A DNA stretch of 64,000 nucleotides from Candidatus Staskawiczbacteria bacterium (GTDB lineage Bacteria; Patescibacteriota; Minisyncoccia; Minisyncoccales; Staskawiczbacteraceae), in assembly GCA_963778905.1 (NCBI GenBank), contig CAVZWH010000014.1, positions 1,254-65,253 on the forward strand, read 5' to 3'. Below are positions 48,124-57,562 of the stretch, in pieces. The position numbers and the translations under genes are program-made. Position 1 is the first letter of the stretch. The number at the start of each line of letters is the position of its first letter. The notes beneath the pieces were generated by a model, which searched no databases, was not told the DNA's origin, and saw only the letters and a list, made by a program, of their open reading frames with translations.

Positions 48124-48147
48124 TAAACCTTTTGACATATTGTTTTA

Positions 48148-48759
48148 TTATTTTACTTCTATAAGACCGGATGTATTTATGGATACGGTCCTTGACGGAA
48201 TTGAAGAATCAGAGCTTACGGCCAAAACTATTTCTATATCGGTTTGCCCGCTGCTAATATTTTCTATTGATAAATATGGATTAGGCGGACTAAAATTTAT
48301 ACTGGTCCACTGTTGGTCAATATTATTAACAGCTTCTATATATACACCTACTTTATCCTCGTTAACATTCACCGTATCAATAATATAATCGCCGCTTACA
48401 CATGAAGGATCTGAAAGAGTATACTGATAATCTGGATTGCCAACCGGACACGAGTCGCCGTATATTATATATTGTTGCGGCGTATCAAGATTTATATAAA
48501 GCCCATAGCCGCCAACCTTCACTAATTGGCCGGTATTATCTGTTATTTTGACTCCCGACAACCCTAAATCCTGAACCCTCCTTAAATTTTGAGCTAATTT
48601 GTAAGTGGCTCTTGAAAGCGCGTATTCCCTTTGAATTTTAGGAAAATTAGAAATTAAAATTGCAGAAAATATTGCAATAATAAAAATTACTACAATAAGT
48701 TCAATTAAAGTAATTCCTTTTTCTAACTTTTTTATATTTGGAATAAATTTAAGTACCAT
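48148..48759 (-). CDS. minor pilin (FimT/GspH-like)
   Basis: 203 aa; ...KKLEKG|ITLIELIVVIFIIAIFSAILI prepilin N-terminus. Confidence 0.65.
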   Translation of the reverse strand: MVLKFIPNIKKLEKGITLIELIVVIFIIAIFSAILISNFPKIQREYALSRATYKLAQNLRRVQDLGLSGVKITDNTGQLVKVGGYGLYINLDTPQQYIIYGDSCPVGNPDYQYTLSDPSCVSGDYIIDTVNVNEDKVGVYIEAVNNIDQQWTSINFSPPNPYLSIENISSGQTDIEIVLAVSSDSSIPSRTVSINTSGLIEVK

Positions 48760-49490
48760 TGAATTATCTGATTTCCGTAAAGCATTGCCACAAATGTTCC
48801 CGCAATTAAAAATGGGCCAAAGGGTATTTCGCTTTTTAGGTTCTTTCCCTCAAAAACCATCAATATTACTCCTATTATAGCACCAAAAAAGAATGCCAAA
48901 AATAGAGCCGTAAAAACATTTGGCAAGCCCAGCAGAAGACCCATTAAAATAGCCAATTTTACATCTCCAAAACCCATCCACTTCCCTTTTGAAATTAAAA
49001 AAATTATTAGAAAAAATGCAGATGCGATTATCGCCGCCAAAAAATTATTTAATATCAAATGAAAATTAAATAAATCGTAAATCAGAGCAATCGCAATCGC
49101 TGGGAATAAAACTTTGTCAGGAATTATATAGTGTTTTAAGTCGTAAATAAAAAGAACAATCAAAAAACAAATTATTATCAAATAAAAAATTGAATATAAA
49201 ATATTTTGCGGATTGAAAAATAATATAAATAAAATACCTGTTGCCAGTTCTACTAAAGGATATTGGATTGAAATTTTATTTTTGCAATATCTGCACTTGC
49301 CTTTCAAAAATAAAAAACTAAAAACAGGAAACAAATCTTTCCACGACAAAGCGTGTTTGCAGTGCGGACAGAAAGATCGGCCATTCAGACTTTTTTTCTG
49401 CTCTAACCTGTAAATTACGCAGTTCAAAAAGCTTCCAATGCAAACCCCAAATATAAATATAAAAATGTAAATTAAAAATTCTAAAATCAT
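48732..49490 (-). CDS. pilD: prepilin peptidase (A24 family)
   Basis: 252 aa; Cys-pair motif (CPHCKH...CRYCKN), multiple TM helices and a GFGDVKL active-site region. Confidence 0.9.
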   Translation of the reverse strand: MILEFLIYIFIFIFGVCIGSFLNCVIYRLEQKKSLNGRSFCPHCKHALSWKDLFPVFSFLFLKGKCRYCKNKISIQYPLVELATGILFILFFNPQNILYSIFYLIIICFLIVLFIYDLKHYIIPDKVLFPAIAIALIYDLFNFHLILNNFLAAIIASAFFLIIFLISKGKWMGFGDVKLAILMGLLLGLPNVFTALFLAFFFGAIIGVILMVFEGKNLKSEIPFGPFLIAGTFVAMLYGNQIIQWYLNLFQI

Positions 49491-49503
49491 TATTAAATTA
49501 TAA

Positions 49504-49537
49504 CAAAAAAACAGACCATATTAAATGGCCTGTTTTT
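49504..49537 (-). terminator. terminator after the last pilin gene
   Basis: On the minus strand: AAAAACAGGCCAT-TTAAT-ATGGTCTGTTTTTTT (one mismatch in the stem). Confidence 0.5.
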
Positions 49538-49579
49538 AATTTTAACTTACAAAATAGTGGCTAACCCCATTTCTCTCCG

Positions 49580-50035
49580 TTACGGACACACAAAAGTACC
49601 AGTATTACAAGTAGTACCTGTTAGACAAGTAGCAAATTCAGATTTTAATACCCCGGTTAAATCTATACACCACCAAACAGCGGCATTGCTACTTGGAGCA
49701 CAAGCACAAAATGCAGTAGTTGAAGCCCCGCATGTAGCGGTTGATTGATATGTTGTAACAGCAGTCCATGCAGACGCACTAGTAGTACCAGCGCAAGGAG
49801 TAGCAGCACTACCGGCAGTGTTAGCATGGGCAGTAAAAGCAAGACCCGAAGAAGTAGTATTGTCTGATATAACGCCCGTTTGTACTGTGTGCAATTCCTC
49901 CTCCATTGCTCCGTCTTTTGCTTTGTTTATATATTGAGTAACATTAACAAGCACAATCGCTGCTAAAATTGCGATAATTGCAATAACCACGATTAACTCG
50001 ATAATTGTGAAACCTTTTGATTTATTTGTCTTCAT
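49580..50035 (-). CDS. type IV pilin
   Basis: MKTNKSKG|FTIIELIVVIAIIAILAAIVL; Cys-rich C-terminal half; followed by a terminator. Confidence 0.85.
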   Translation of the reverse strand: MKTNKSKGFTIIELIVVIAIIAILAAIVLVNVTQYINKAKDGAMEEELHTVQTGVISDNTTSSGLAFTAHANTAGSAATPCAGTTSASAWTAVTTYQSTATCGASTTAFCACAPSSNAAVWWCIDLTGVLKSEFATCLTGTTCNTGTFVCP

Positions 50036-50168
50036 TTTTCGTTTATTTTTAAGTTTAAATTTTTTAGAGTTTAAGGAATTGACCTTTTAAAATTTTATTT
50101 AATCTTATTTTATTATATACCACTTTTAAAAATATCAATAGTGGATAACTAAATAATAGACACAACAA

Positions 50169-50582
50169 TTAATCTAAACATACGCCAGTAGAACATCTGG
50201 CAGAACACGCACTCCCTGTTTCTTTTTTATAGCCGGTATCATCTATACAATAGGTGTCGCCAGATACAACTTTTAATTGCGAACAAACACAGAAATGGTA
50301 ACCGGTAGGGTCTAAACTTGGGACAAGAGGAGTGCCTCCATTTTCACTTTGCGCCGCGGCTGCTGGAGCTGTGTATCCTGGATCACTAAAAAACCCTGTG
50401 TAATTAGAATTATTATTTGAATATACTGCTGAATTTGTAAAAATAGTGTAAAAATTTGCTTTGATTGAGGTGTCTTCTCCTTTGTTGATATATTGAGTTA
50501 CGTTAAGCAACACAATAGCTGCTAAAATCGCGATGATGGCGATGACAATAATTAATTCAATAATTGTGAAACCTTTATTCAT
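50169..50582 (-). CDS. type IV pilin
   Basis: Start moved to MNKG|FTIIELIIVIAIIAILAAIVL. Confidence 0.85.
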   Translation of the reverse strand: MNKGFTIIELIIVIAIIAILAAIVLLNVTQYINKGEDTSIKANFYTIFTNSAVYSNNNSNYTGFFSDPGYTAPAAAAQSENGGTPLVPSLDPTGYHFCVCSQLKVVSGDTYCIDDTGYKKETGSACSARCSTGVCLD

Positions 50583-50592
50583 TTTATAAAAT

Positions 50593-51027
50593 TTAATTGC
50601 AAGATGCAATAGTGCTTATGCAGGCGCTGTTGCTTATCTCTTTTTTCACGCCCCTGCTGTCAACGCAATATGCATTTGAAGAATTTGCAAATTCTTTGTC
50701 GCATGCAGCCCACATATCGCCATTTACGCTGTTATCATAGCAACAAACTCCAGCAAGATTACTTTGGCAATCGCCCGAAGGATTTTGCGGCATCTGAGAT
50801 TCGGCATTGGTAACCACGCTGGAAGCGCAAAAACCAACATAACTGTCTCCGTTTGCATTGTAAAAAACTTCGCCAGCCGGAATTAAAACAACCAGGTTGC
50901 CAGATATATTAGAATCTTTGCCCATATTTATATATTGAGTAACGCTAAATAAAATAATACCGGATAAGATAGATATTATCGCGATAACAACAATTAATTC
51001 TATAAGTGTAAATCCTTTGTTTTGCAT
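50593..51027 (-). CDS. type IV pilin
   Basis: MQNKG|FTLIELIVVIAIISILSGIIL. Confidence 0.85.
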   Translation of the reverse strand: MQNKGFTLIELIVVIAIISILSGIILFSVTQYINMGKDSNISGNLVVLIPAGEVFYNANGDSYVGFCASSVVTNAESQMPQNPSGDCQSNLAGVCCYDNSVNGDMWAACDKEFANSSNAYCVDSRGVKKEISNSACISTIASCN

Positions 51028-51030
51028 AAA

Positions 51031-52239
51031 TTAAATTGTGCCAAGAGCGCCGTAAAGCGGCTCTATTACAGAAATTGCCAAAAGGGCAACGATTATTCCT
51101 AAAAAAATTATTAATGCCGGCTCCAAAAGCGCTGTAAAAGTTTCCACCGCCTGCTGAACATCTTTCTCATAAAAATTAACTATCTCCATTAAATTTTTAT
51201 CCAATTTTCCTGTCTCTTCTCCAACCTGAATCATCTGCACAACAAACGGCGGAGCATAGTCGGGATATTTTACCAATACCGAACTTATTTTTTCTCCTTC
51301 TGAAACTTTTTCTTCTGTTTCTGTCAAAATTTTCTTGTAAACAAAATTGTCAACCGTATCTCTGGTAATTTTTAGCGCGTTATTTATTGAAAGCCCGGCT
51401 GAAATTAAAGTGGAAATATTTTCGGCAAAATTAATAAGAAATATTTTTTTCAAAAATCCGCCGACAAATGGAATTTTTAGAGATAATTCATCGTATCTTT
51501 TTTTGCCTTCTTTGGTTGTAAAATAATAAACTATAAACAAAACCAAAAGAATAAAACCAACCATCACAATCCAGCCATAATTTGCCAAAAAGCTGTAAAA
51601 ATTAATCATCATTTGTGTAAACATCGGGGGCTTGTTGGTGGTTTGTTTTAACAAATTGACAAGCTGAGGCATAACAAAAAGTATGACTAATGTAATTACA
51701 ACAAACAAAACAACTATAACAAATATAGGATAAATCATTGCTCCGGTTATTTTGGAGGTTATATCGTGCTCACGTTCTAAGTGGTCTGAAAGATAATAAA
51801 GAGACTCAGAAATCTTTCCCGATGCCTCGCCAGTTTTTACTAAGCTTACATAAAAAACATTAAAAACTTCGGGAAACGTGGCAAACGCCTCTGACAAAGA
51901 ATTTCCCTCTTCAACTAACTGAGAAATTTTTAAGATCTTTTGCTTAAAACTTGGATTTCTTATCTGCACCGCCAAGCTTTTCAAACTTTGAGTAACCGGC
52001 ACGCGCGACTGCAACATTACAGATAACTGCCTTGAAAAAATGGCTAAATCTTTTTTGGAAACCCTGTTCAAAAAACTGATATTTTCTGTGCGCAAAATCA
52101 AGGGAGTTTCCTCTTTTATAGATGTGACAAAAATATTGTATTTTTGCAGAAGAAGAGCGGCCGCCTCTTTAGAAGAAGCTTCCACTGTGCCCGATTCTAT
52201 TTTGCCCTCCTTGTCTCTGGCTTGATAAATATATTTCAT
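51031..52239 (-). CDS. pilC: type IV pilus platform protein PilC (GspF family)
   Basis: 402 aa; duplicated GspF domains and 3 TM segments. Confidence 0.9.
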   Translation of the reverse strand: MKYIYQARDKEGKIESGTVEASSKEAAALLLQKYNIFVTSIKEETPLILRTENISFLNRVSKKDLAIFSRQLSVMLQSRVPVTQSLKSLAVQIRNPSFKQKILKISQLVEEGNSLSEAFATFPEVFNVFYVSLVKTGEASGKISESLYYLSDHLEREHDITSKITGAMIYPIFVIVVLFVVITLVILFVMPQLVNLLKQTTNKPPMFTQMMINFYSFLANYGWIVMVGFILLVLFIVYYFTTKEGKKRYDELSLKIPFVGGFLKKIFLINFAENISTLISAGLSINNALKITRDTVDNFVYKKILTETEEKVSEGEKISSVLVKYPDYAPPFVVQMIQVGEETGKLDKNLMEIVNFYEKDVQQAVETFTALLEPALIIFLGIIVALLAISVIEPLYGALGTI

Positions 52240-53303
52240 TATTTTAGCAAATTTCTAACTTCACTGGGGTCTGACGCATAATCCGTTGCATTTTTCAAAG
52301 ATATTTCTTTTTTTCTTACCAAATCAACCATTGCCCTGCTCAAAGAAATCATCCCCTCTTTTGCCGATGTCTCTATTACAGCCGGAATTTCGTGCACTTT
52401 ATTTTCTCTTATTAAAGTTGAAACTGCATTATTGCAAATCAAAACTTCGCAGACAGGAATAAATCCTCCTTTAATTCTTGGAATTAATCTTTGGGAAATT
52501 ATGCCCAAAAGAGAGCTTGATAATTGAAATCTTATCTGGCCCTGCTGTTCTGCCGGAAAAACATCTACAATTCTGTGGATTGTCTGGGGAGCTGAATTGG
52601 TGTGCAGAGTTGCAAAAACCAAATGTCCGGTTTCAGCTGCAGTAATTGTTGTGGAAATTGTTTCCAAATCCCTCATCTCGCCAACCATAATTACATCCGG
52701 ATTCTGGCGCAAACTGGCTCTTAAAGCATTATTAAAATTTAGAGTATCTATTATAACTTCTCTCTGGTCAATAATTGCCCTGTCAACAGGATAAGTATAT
52801 TCTATTGGGTCTTCTACCGTAATTATGTGCACAGACCTTGTATGATTTATTTCGTCTATCATTGCAGCCAGCGTGGTGGATTTTCCCTGGCTGGTGGCTC
52901 CGGTCACCAAAACAAGTCCCTGCGGACGCGAAGTAAAATCGTGCAAAACAGGAGGAAGATTCAAATCTTCTATTGTTCTTATTTTTGAAGGAATAAAACG
53001 CAAAGCCAAACTGATACTTCCCCTTTGAAAAAAAATATTAACTCTAAATCTGCCTTTATCTTCGTGCTGGTAAGAAAAATCAAGCTCTTTTTCTTCTAAA
53101 AGTTTTTTGCGCTGCAATTCCGACATTATAGAAAACGCCAGACCCTCGGAATCTTTTGGCAAAATTATTTTTTCCTGGCTAAGCGGAACAAGCTGTCCGG
53201 TAATGCGTATATTGGGCACATGACCTACAGAAATATCCAAATCAGAGGCTTCTTGTTGAACCACGGTGTCTAAAAGTTTTTTGAAATAGGATAAATATTC
53301 CAT
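52239..53303 (-). CDS. pilT: twitching-motility retraction ATPase PilT
   Basis: 354 aa; GLVLVTGATSQGKSTT Walker A, IMVGEMRD, HLVFATLHTNSA. Confidence 0.9.
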   Translation of the reverse strand: MEYLSYFKKLLDTVVQQEASDLDISVGHVPNIRITGQLVPLSQEKIILPKDSEGLAFSIMSELQRKKLLEEKELDFSYQHEDKGRFRVNIFFQRGSISLALRFIPSKIRTIEDLNLPPVLHDFTSRPQGLVLVTGATSQGKSTTLAAMIDEINHTRSVHIITVEDPIEYTYPVDRAIIDQREVIIDTLNFNNALRASLRQNPDVIMVGEMRDLETISTTITAAETGHLVFATLHTNSAPQTIHRIVDVFPAEQQGQIRFQLSSSLLGIISQRLIPRIKGGFIPVCEVLICNNAVSTLIRENKVHEIPAVIETSAKEGMISLSRAMVDLVRKKEISLKNATDYASDPSEVRNLLK

Positions 53304-53315
53304 GTTGTGATTTTT

Positions 53316-53687
53316 TTAGCTTAATATTTTTTTTATTTCATTTGCTATTTCCTCGGCGGTATACTCTGCTTTCGCAAAAAATTTAATAACTCCGAAATCA
53401 AAAATTTTCCTTGTATCTTCTTCCTGAAAATAATTTGAAAGCATTATTATTTTTAATTCTTTCAGACCCAAATCTTCTCTTATTATTTTCAAAACCGAAA
53501 ATCCGTCAATTTTAGCCAAAGATGCGTCCAAAATTAACAAATCCGGATTAATAATTTTAATACGGCTAATGGCAATTTCTCCGTCTGGAGCTACGCTGAC
53601 GGCGCCTAATTTTCTAAGTTCGTTGGCATAAACGTTTATTAAAAAAGCGTCGTCTTCTGCTAATAAAATCTTCTTTGCGCTATTCAT
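53316..53687 (-). CDS. stand-alone response-regulator receiver protein
   Basis: KILLAEDD..., ...LLILD..., ...IIMLSN receiver pattern. Start moved to MNSAKK. Confidence 0.8.
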   Translation of the reverse strand: MNSAKKILLAEDDAFLINVYANELRKLGAVSVAPDGEIAISRIKIINPDLLILDASLAKIDGFSVLKIIREDLGLKELKIIMLSNYFQEEDTRKIFDFGVIKFFAKAEYTAEEIANEIKKILS

Positions 53688-55419
53688 TTTCTTCCGTGGC
53701 TCTGGCCAACTCTTCAATAGTGGTTTGGCCGCTTAAAATTTTTAATATGCCTTCTTGCTCCATGGTAAGCATGCCCTGTTTCTGGGCCACCTTAAAAATT
53801 AAACTTTCTAAAGGATTTTTTTGTATTAATTCTGCCAATTCGTCTGACATGGACAAAACTTCAAAAAGTCCTGTTCTGCCTGTGTACCCGGTAAATCCGC
53901 AGATTTCGCATCCCTTTGCCGCGTATATTAAAAGAGGCTCTTGTATTTTTACCTGACTTTTAGCATAAAGCGGCATGCTTTTAATTTTTTCTAAAATATA
54001 ACTTTTTATTTTTTCTGTTGGCCTTACTTTAATTTTGCAGTGCGGACACAAAACTCTAATCAATCTCTGAGAAATAACAACTTTCAAAGTAGATGGAATT
54101 AAAAATGGCCTGACTCCCATATCTATTAACCTGGGAACCACTCCAACAGAAGAATTTGTGTGCAAAGTAGACAGCACAATGTGGCCGGTCAGGGAAGCGT
54201 TTACAACCAAACTGGCTGTTTCTTCGTCTCTAATTTCTCCAACCATAATAATGTTTGGATCTTGTCTTAAAATTTGGCGGAGTCCGTGGGCAAAAGTATA
54301 TCCGATTTCCGGTTTCACTTGGGATTGGTTTATTCCGGCAATAGAATATTCTATTGGATCTTCAACCGTAACAATATTTACCGAGTCTTGATTTAAAATG
54401 CGCAAAATTGCATACTGAGTTGTGGTTTTTCCGGAACCGGTGGGACCGGTAAATAAAATCATTCCATATGGTTTTTTTATTGCTGTTTTTACTACTTCCA
54501 AATTTCTTCCTGTTAATCCCAATTGCTCAAAAGATCTTAATCCGGTGGAAGGATCCAAAACCCTCATCTCAACTTTTTCTCCATAAAGAGTTGGAAATGT
54601 TGAAACCCTGAAATCAATGTCATTATTATTTATTCTTGCAGAAAATCTGCCGTCCTGAGGAACTCTGTTTTCATCTATTTTTAATCCGGCAAGAATTTTA
54701 ATCCTGGCAACAATGGCCGGGTGCACTTTCAGCGGCAAAAATAAACTTGGGTGCAAAATTCCATTCAGGCGAAAACGCACGGTTAATTTTTCTCTTGAAG
54801 GCTCAATGTGAATATCAGAGGCCTGCCCCTCAATGGCGTGTCTTAAAATAACCAAAACCATTTTAATAATTGGGGCCTCTTCTGCTATTGCCTGCGTTGA
54901 CAAAGCCCCTGCCGGCTGATTGCTTCCCAGCGCTTCCAAAATTTCTCCTTTTTCTTTGCTTAACTCTTCTAAAGCTTTTCTTGTTTCTGCCGATATGTTT
55001 TTGCGCTGCTTCAAAATGCTGGCTAAATTGCTGATTGTTATTAAATAAACCTGGTAAGTAAAGTTTTCCTGATTGGCTAAAAATCTTAAAGCGTTTTGAG
55101 CCGCAATATCTTCCGGATAAACCATTCCAACCTGAACAAAATTTTCACTCTTTGCCAGGGGTACCATTTTATAATTTACAGACGCTTCTTCAGGCATCAA
55201 TTCTAAAACGTCTGAAGGAATTTCTTCCGGTTTTATTTTTTTGAGAGGGATGCCCAAGACTTTGCTTTTTAATTCAAACAAAGAATCTTCCGAAACAATC
55301 TTTTTTTCTAAAATAATTTCTTCTTCCGTTTTGCCGGTTTTTTCAATTTGTTTTTGCAAATCATTTTGTTTATCCTCCGACAAAAGCCCTTGCGCAAATA
55401 ATTCTTGTAATAATTTCAT
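53680..55419 (-). CDS. pilB: type IV pilus assembly ATPase PilB (GspE family)
   Basis: 579 aa; MILFTGPTGSGKTTT, IMVGEIRD, tetracysteine motif (CPHC...CEIC). Confidence 0.92.
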   Translation of the reverse strand: MKLLQELFAQGLLSEDKQNDLQKQIEKTGKTEEEIILEKKIVSEDSLFELKSKVLGIPLKKIKPEEIPSDVLELMPEEASVNYKMVPLAKSENFVQVGMVYPEDIAAQNALRFLANQENFTYQVYLITISNLASILKQRKNISAETRKALEELSKEKGEILEALGSNQPAGALSTQAIAEEAPIIKMVLVILRHAIEGQASDIHIEPSREKLTVRFRLNGILHPSLFLPLKVHPAIVARIKILAGLKIDENRVPQDGRFSARINNNDIDFRVSTFPTLYGEKVEMRVLDPSTGLRSFEQLGLTGRNLEVVKTAIKKPYGMILFTGPTGSGKTTTQYAILRILNQDSVNIVTVEDPIEYSIAGINQSQVKPEIGYTFAHGLRQILRQDPNIIMVGEIRDEETASLVVNASLTGHIVLSTLHTNSSVGVVPRLIDMGVRPFLIPSTLKVVISQRLIRVLCPHCKIKVRPTEKIKSYILEKIKSMPLYAKSQVKIQEPLLIYAAKGCEICGFTGYTGRTGLFEVLSMSDELAELIQKNPLESLIFKVAQKQGMLTMEQEGILKILSGQTTIEELARATEENE

Positions 55420-55424
55420 TGTTT

Positions 55425-55892
55425 TTACTTAGTTGTTGTTTTAGCTGGCGTTGTTGTTGTTTTAGTTGTTGTGCCACCCGTTGTTGGAGCTGATGATTGA
55501 AGATATGGCGCAAAAGGATTATCTCTGCCAATTTTTACTTCCTCTATGTCAACTACTACCAGATCCATGCTTTCTAATATTTGTCTTGCCTCGTCTGAAG
55601 AAACCGCTGAAATAAGCCCCTGCGTGTCTTTGCCCTGACTTGTTGTGGCGTCATAGGTAAATTGCAATTCCATCTGTGGAAAAGGTGCAAGATTTTTGAA
55701 TTGATCCGAATCTAAAATTGCAAAATCAATGTTAACTTTTGGCTTGTTAAAAACTAACTGAATTCCTTTTTGGCTGGGCTGCGAAAGAAAAACTATCAGT
55801 GATACGGCAACCAAAAATAACAGAACTGCTGCGGTAATTCCCATAAAAAATACTTTTTGCCTTTGTTTTGGTGATATAAAAACTACTGCCAT
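55425..55892 (-). CDS. membrane-anchored pilus-cluster protein (PilP-like position)
   Basis: 155 aa; TM helix, GRDNPF motif, Thr-rich tail. Assignment by position and motif only. Confidence 0.35.
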   Translation of the reverse strand: MAVVFISPKQRQKVFFMGITAAVLLFLVAVSLIVFLSQPSQKGIQLVFNKPKVNIDFAILDSDQFKNLAPFPQMELQFTYDATTSQGKDTQGLISAVSSDEARQILESMDLVVVDIEEVKIGRDNPFAPYLQSSAPTTGGTTTKTTTTPAKTTTK

Positions 55893-55893
55893 G

Positions 55894-56466
55894 TTAATAC
55901 GAATGCGTTTTTATTTCTAAATTAAACGAATATATCTGTTGTATTTGGAATTGCGATGAATTATTTGAACTGGAACCCGAAGGAGATCCGCCGTTGTCTG
56001 AATTGAAAGAAATGCTTGTAATTTCAAACAATCTTGATGATTTTTCCAAAGACCTGATAAAGTCTCCCAGCGCAGCATAGCTTCCCAATAAATTTACAGA
56101 AAGTCCCACATCTTTGATATTTCCTCCCGACAGGGCGGGAGAAGATTTGCTCAAAAAAACATTATTGATTATCAAGCCGCTGTCTGCCCCATTTTTCTGC
56201 AAAAAATAAACTAATCTTCCCAGGCTTGAATCGGTGGGCAGCGCGTCGTCAATTTTTTGGAGGCTGTCCTTGTAACCCTGCAATTTATAAAAAGTTGTAT
56301 CTATGGAATTATAATAATCGTGCTCTGCGTTAAATTCTGCTGTTTTTTCGCCTAATTCCTGCTGAAGAGATCTAAATTTATTATATTCCGGAGTTACTAA
56401 AAAGAATATCAAAAGCAAGATGATAAAAAGTGTTAAAGCTATAGCAATGGGGCGATCTATTTGCAT
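55894..56466 (-). CDS. pilO: PilO-like pilus assembly protein
   Basis: 190 aa; TM helix, coiled coil and a ferredoxin-like C-terminus; gene order pilM-N-O. Confidence 0.6.
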   Translation of the reverse strand: MQIDRPIAIALTLFIILLLIFFLVTPEYNKFRSLQQELGEKTAEFNAEHDYYNSIDTTFYKLQGYKDSLQKIDDALPTDSSLGRLVYFLQKNGADSGLIINNVFLSKSSPALSGGNIKDVGLSVNLLGSYAALGDFIRSLEKSSRLFEITSISFNSDNGGSPSGSSSNNSSQFQIQQIYSFNLEIKTHSY

Positions 56467-57503
56467 TAAATTTTTGGCTTAATATTTAACCATGTGAATC
56501 TTTTTTTATACAGAAAGAATGCTCCGGCGATTACAGCGGCCACCAGCAATATTGATAAAATTATTGTCAAAATAGTAATCCATACAGGAGCAGACTTTTT
56601 AACAACTTTCGGCAAAACTTTTACTGCAACAGTATAATCTTGCGTTGAACCGTCTTGGGCTGTAATTCTGTAAACAACTGGGTTTGTAAAATCCTGACGT
56701 ATGCCGGAATCTGGCGAAACAGCGGCATTGGGAGAGATAACCATTGACGGAGTCAAATTAGAAACATTTGTGCCGAAAGGAACATTTACCGTCACGGTAT
56801 TATTTGTTAAATCAACTATTCCGTTAACTTGATTTAGTTGAGGAAATTTGAAAATAATCATTAGCTTGTCGCTGCTCAGACTTTGAGAATTATTTTGATT
56901 ATTTCCTGTTTGAGTTGCTGGTTGATTAGACGGCGTAGTGGTTGCCAAAATTGGCTCTAAATCAGCGATGTAACTGAATATTTTTGGATCTAAAGAAAGA
57001 GACAAATTAAATTTTATTCCGGAAGATTCGGTCAATGAAGAATTGAGTATGTCTATGCTCTTTATGTATTCGCTTTTTTCAAAAACATCTATTTGGCGTG
57101 AAAATGCTTCGTTGTCGTCGGCTTGGCCGGACAAATCAACTGTTGCCTCCTTTTGCTGCAAATCAAATCTGTCAAACCAAACATTTGGCCTGGTCTCTTG
57201 CTGCATAAAATAAAATACCTGTGAAGCAAATCCATGATTTTTGAAAAGATCTGAAAAATCGTTAATTTTTTTCTGATATTCTATAACTTCTGTTTCGTGT
57301 TCTTTTTGCTGGTCGGTTCCAACTGTTTGCAACGAATTAATTTCTTTTTGTATGTCGAGCCTCTGAATGCTATTTTTAATTAAAAAAATAAGATAACAAA
57401 TTATAGTTGCAACCAACAAAGACATCACAAAATAGAAGATGACGTCCATCCACCAAAACTTTTTTGTTCTTAGCTGAAAAATTACAGAAAAATCCATGGA
57501 CAA
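56466..57503 (-). CDS. pilN: PilN-like protein with an extra beta-sandwich domain and a C-terminal TM helix
   Basis: 345 aa; N-terminal TM, coiled coil and PilN-like core. This is followed by ...VYRITAQDGSTQDYTVAVKV and a second TM helix. Confidence 0.5.
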   Translation of the reverse strand: MSMDFSVIFQLRTKKFWWMDVIFYFVMSLLVATIICYLIFLIKNSIQRLDIQKEINSLQTVGTDQQKEHETEVIEYQKKINDFSDLFKNHGFASQVFYFMQQETRPNVWFDRFDLQQKEATVDLSGQADDNEAFSRQIDVFEKSEYIKSIDILNSSLTESSGIKFNLSLSLDPKIFSYIADLEPILATTTPSNQPATQTGNNQNNSQSLSSDKLMIIFKFPQLNQVNGIVDLTNNTVTVNVPFGTNVSNLTPSMVISPNAAVSPDSGIRQDFTNPVVYRITAQDGSTQDYTVAVKVLPKVVKKSAPVWITILTIILSILLVAAVIAGAFFLYKKRFTWLNIKPKI

Positions 57504-57562
57504 AGTTTATGATTTTTATATTTAATTATACCAAAGATATTCCGATTAATGAAATTAATTTT

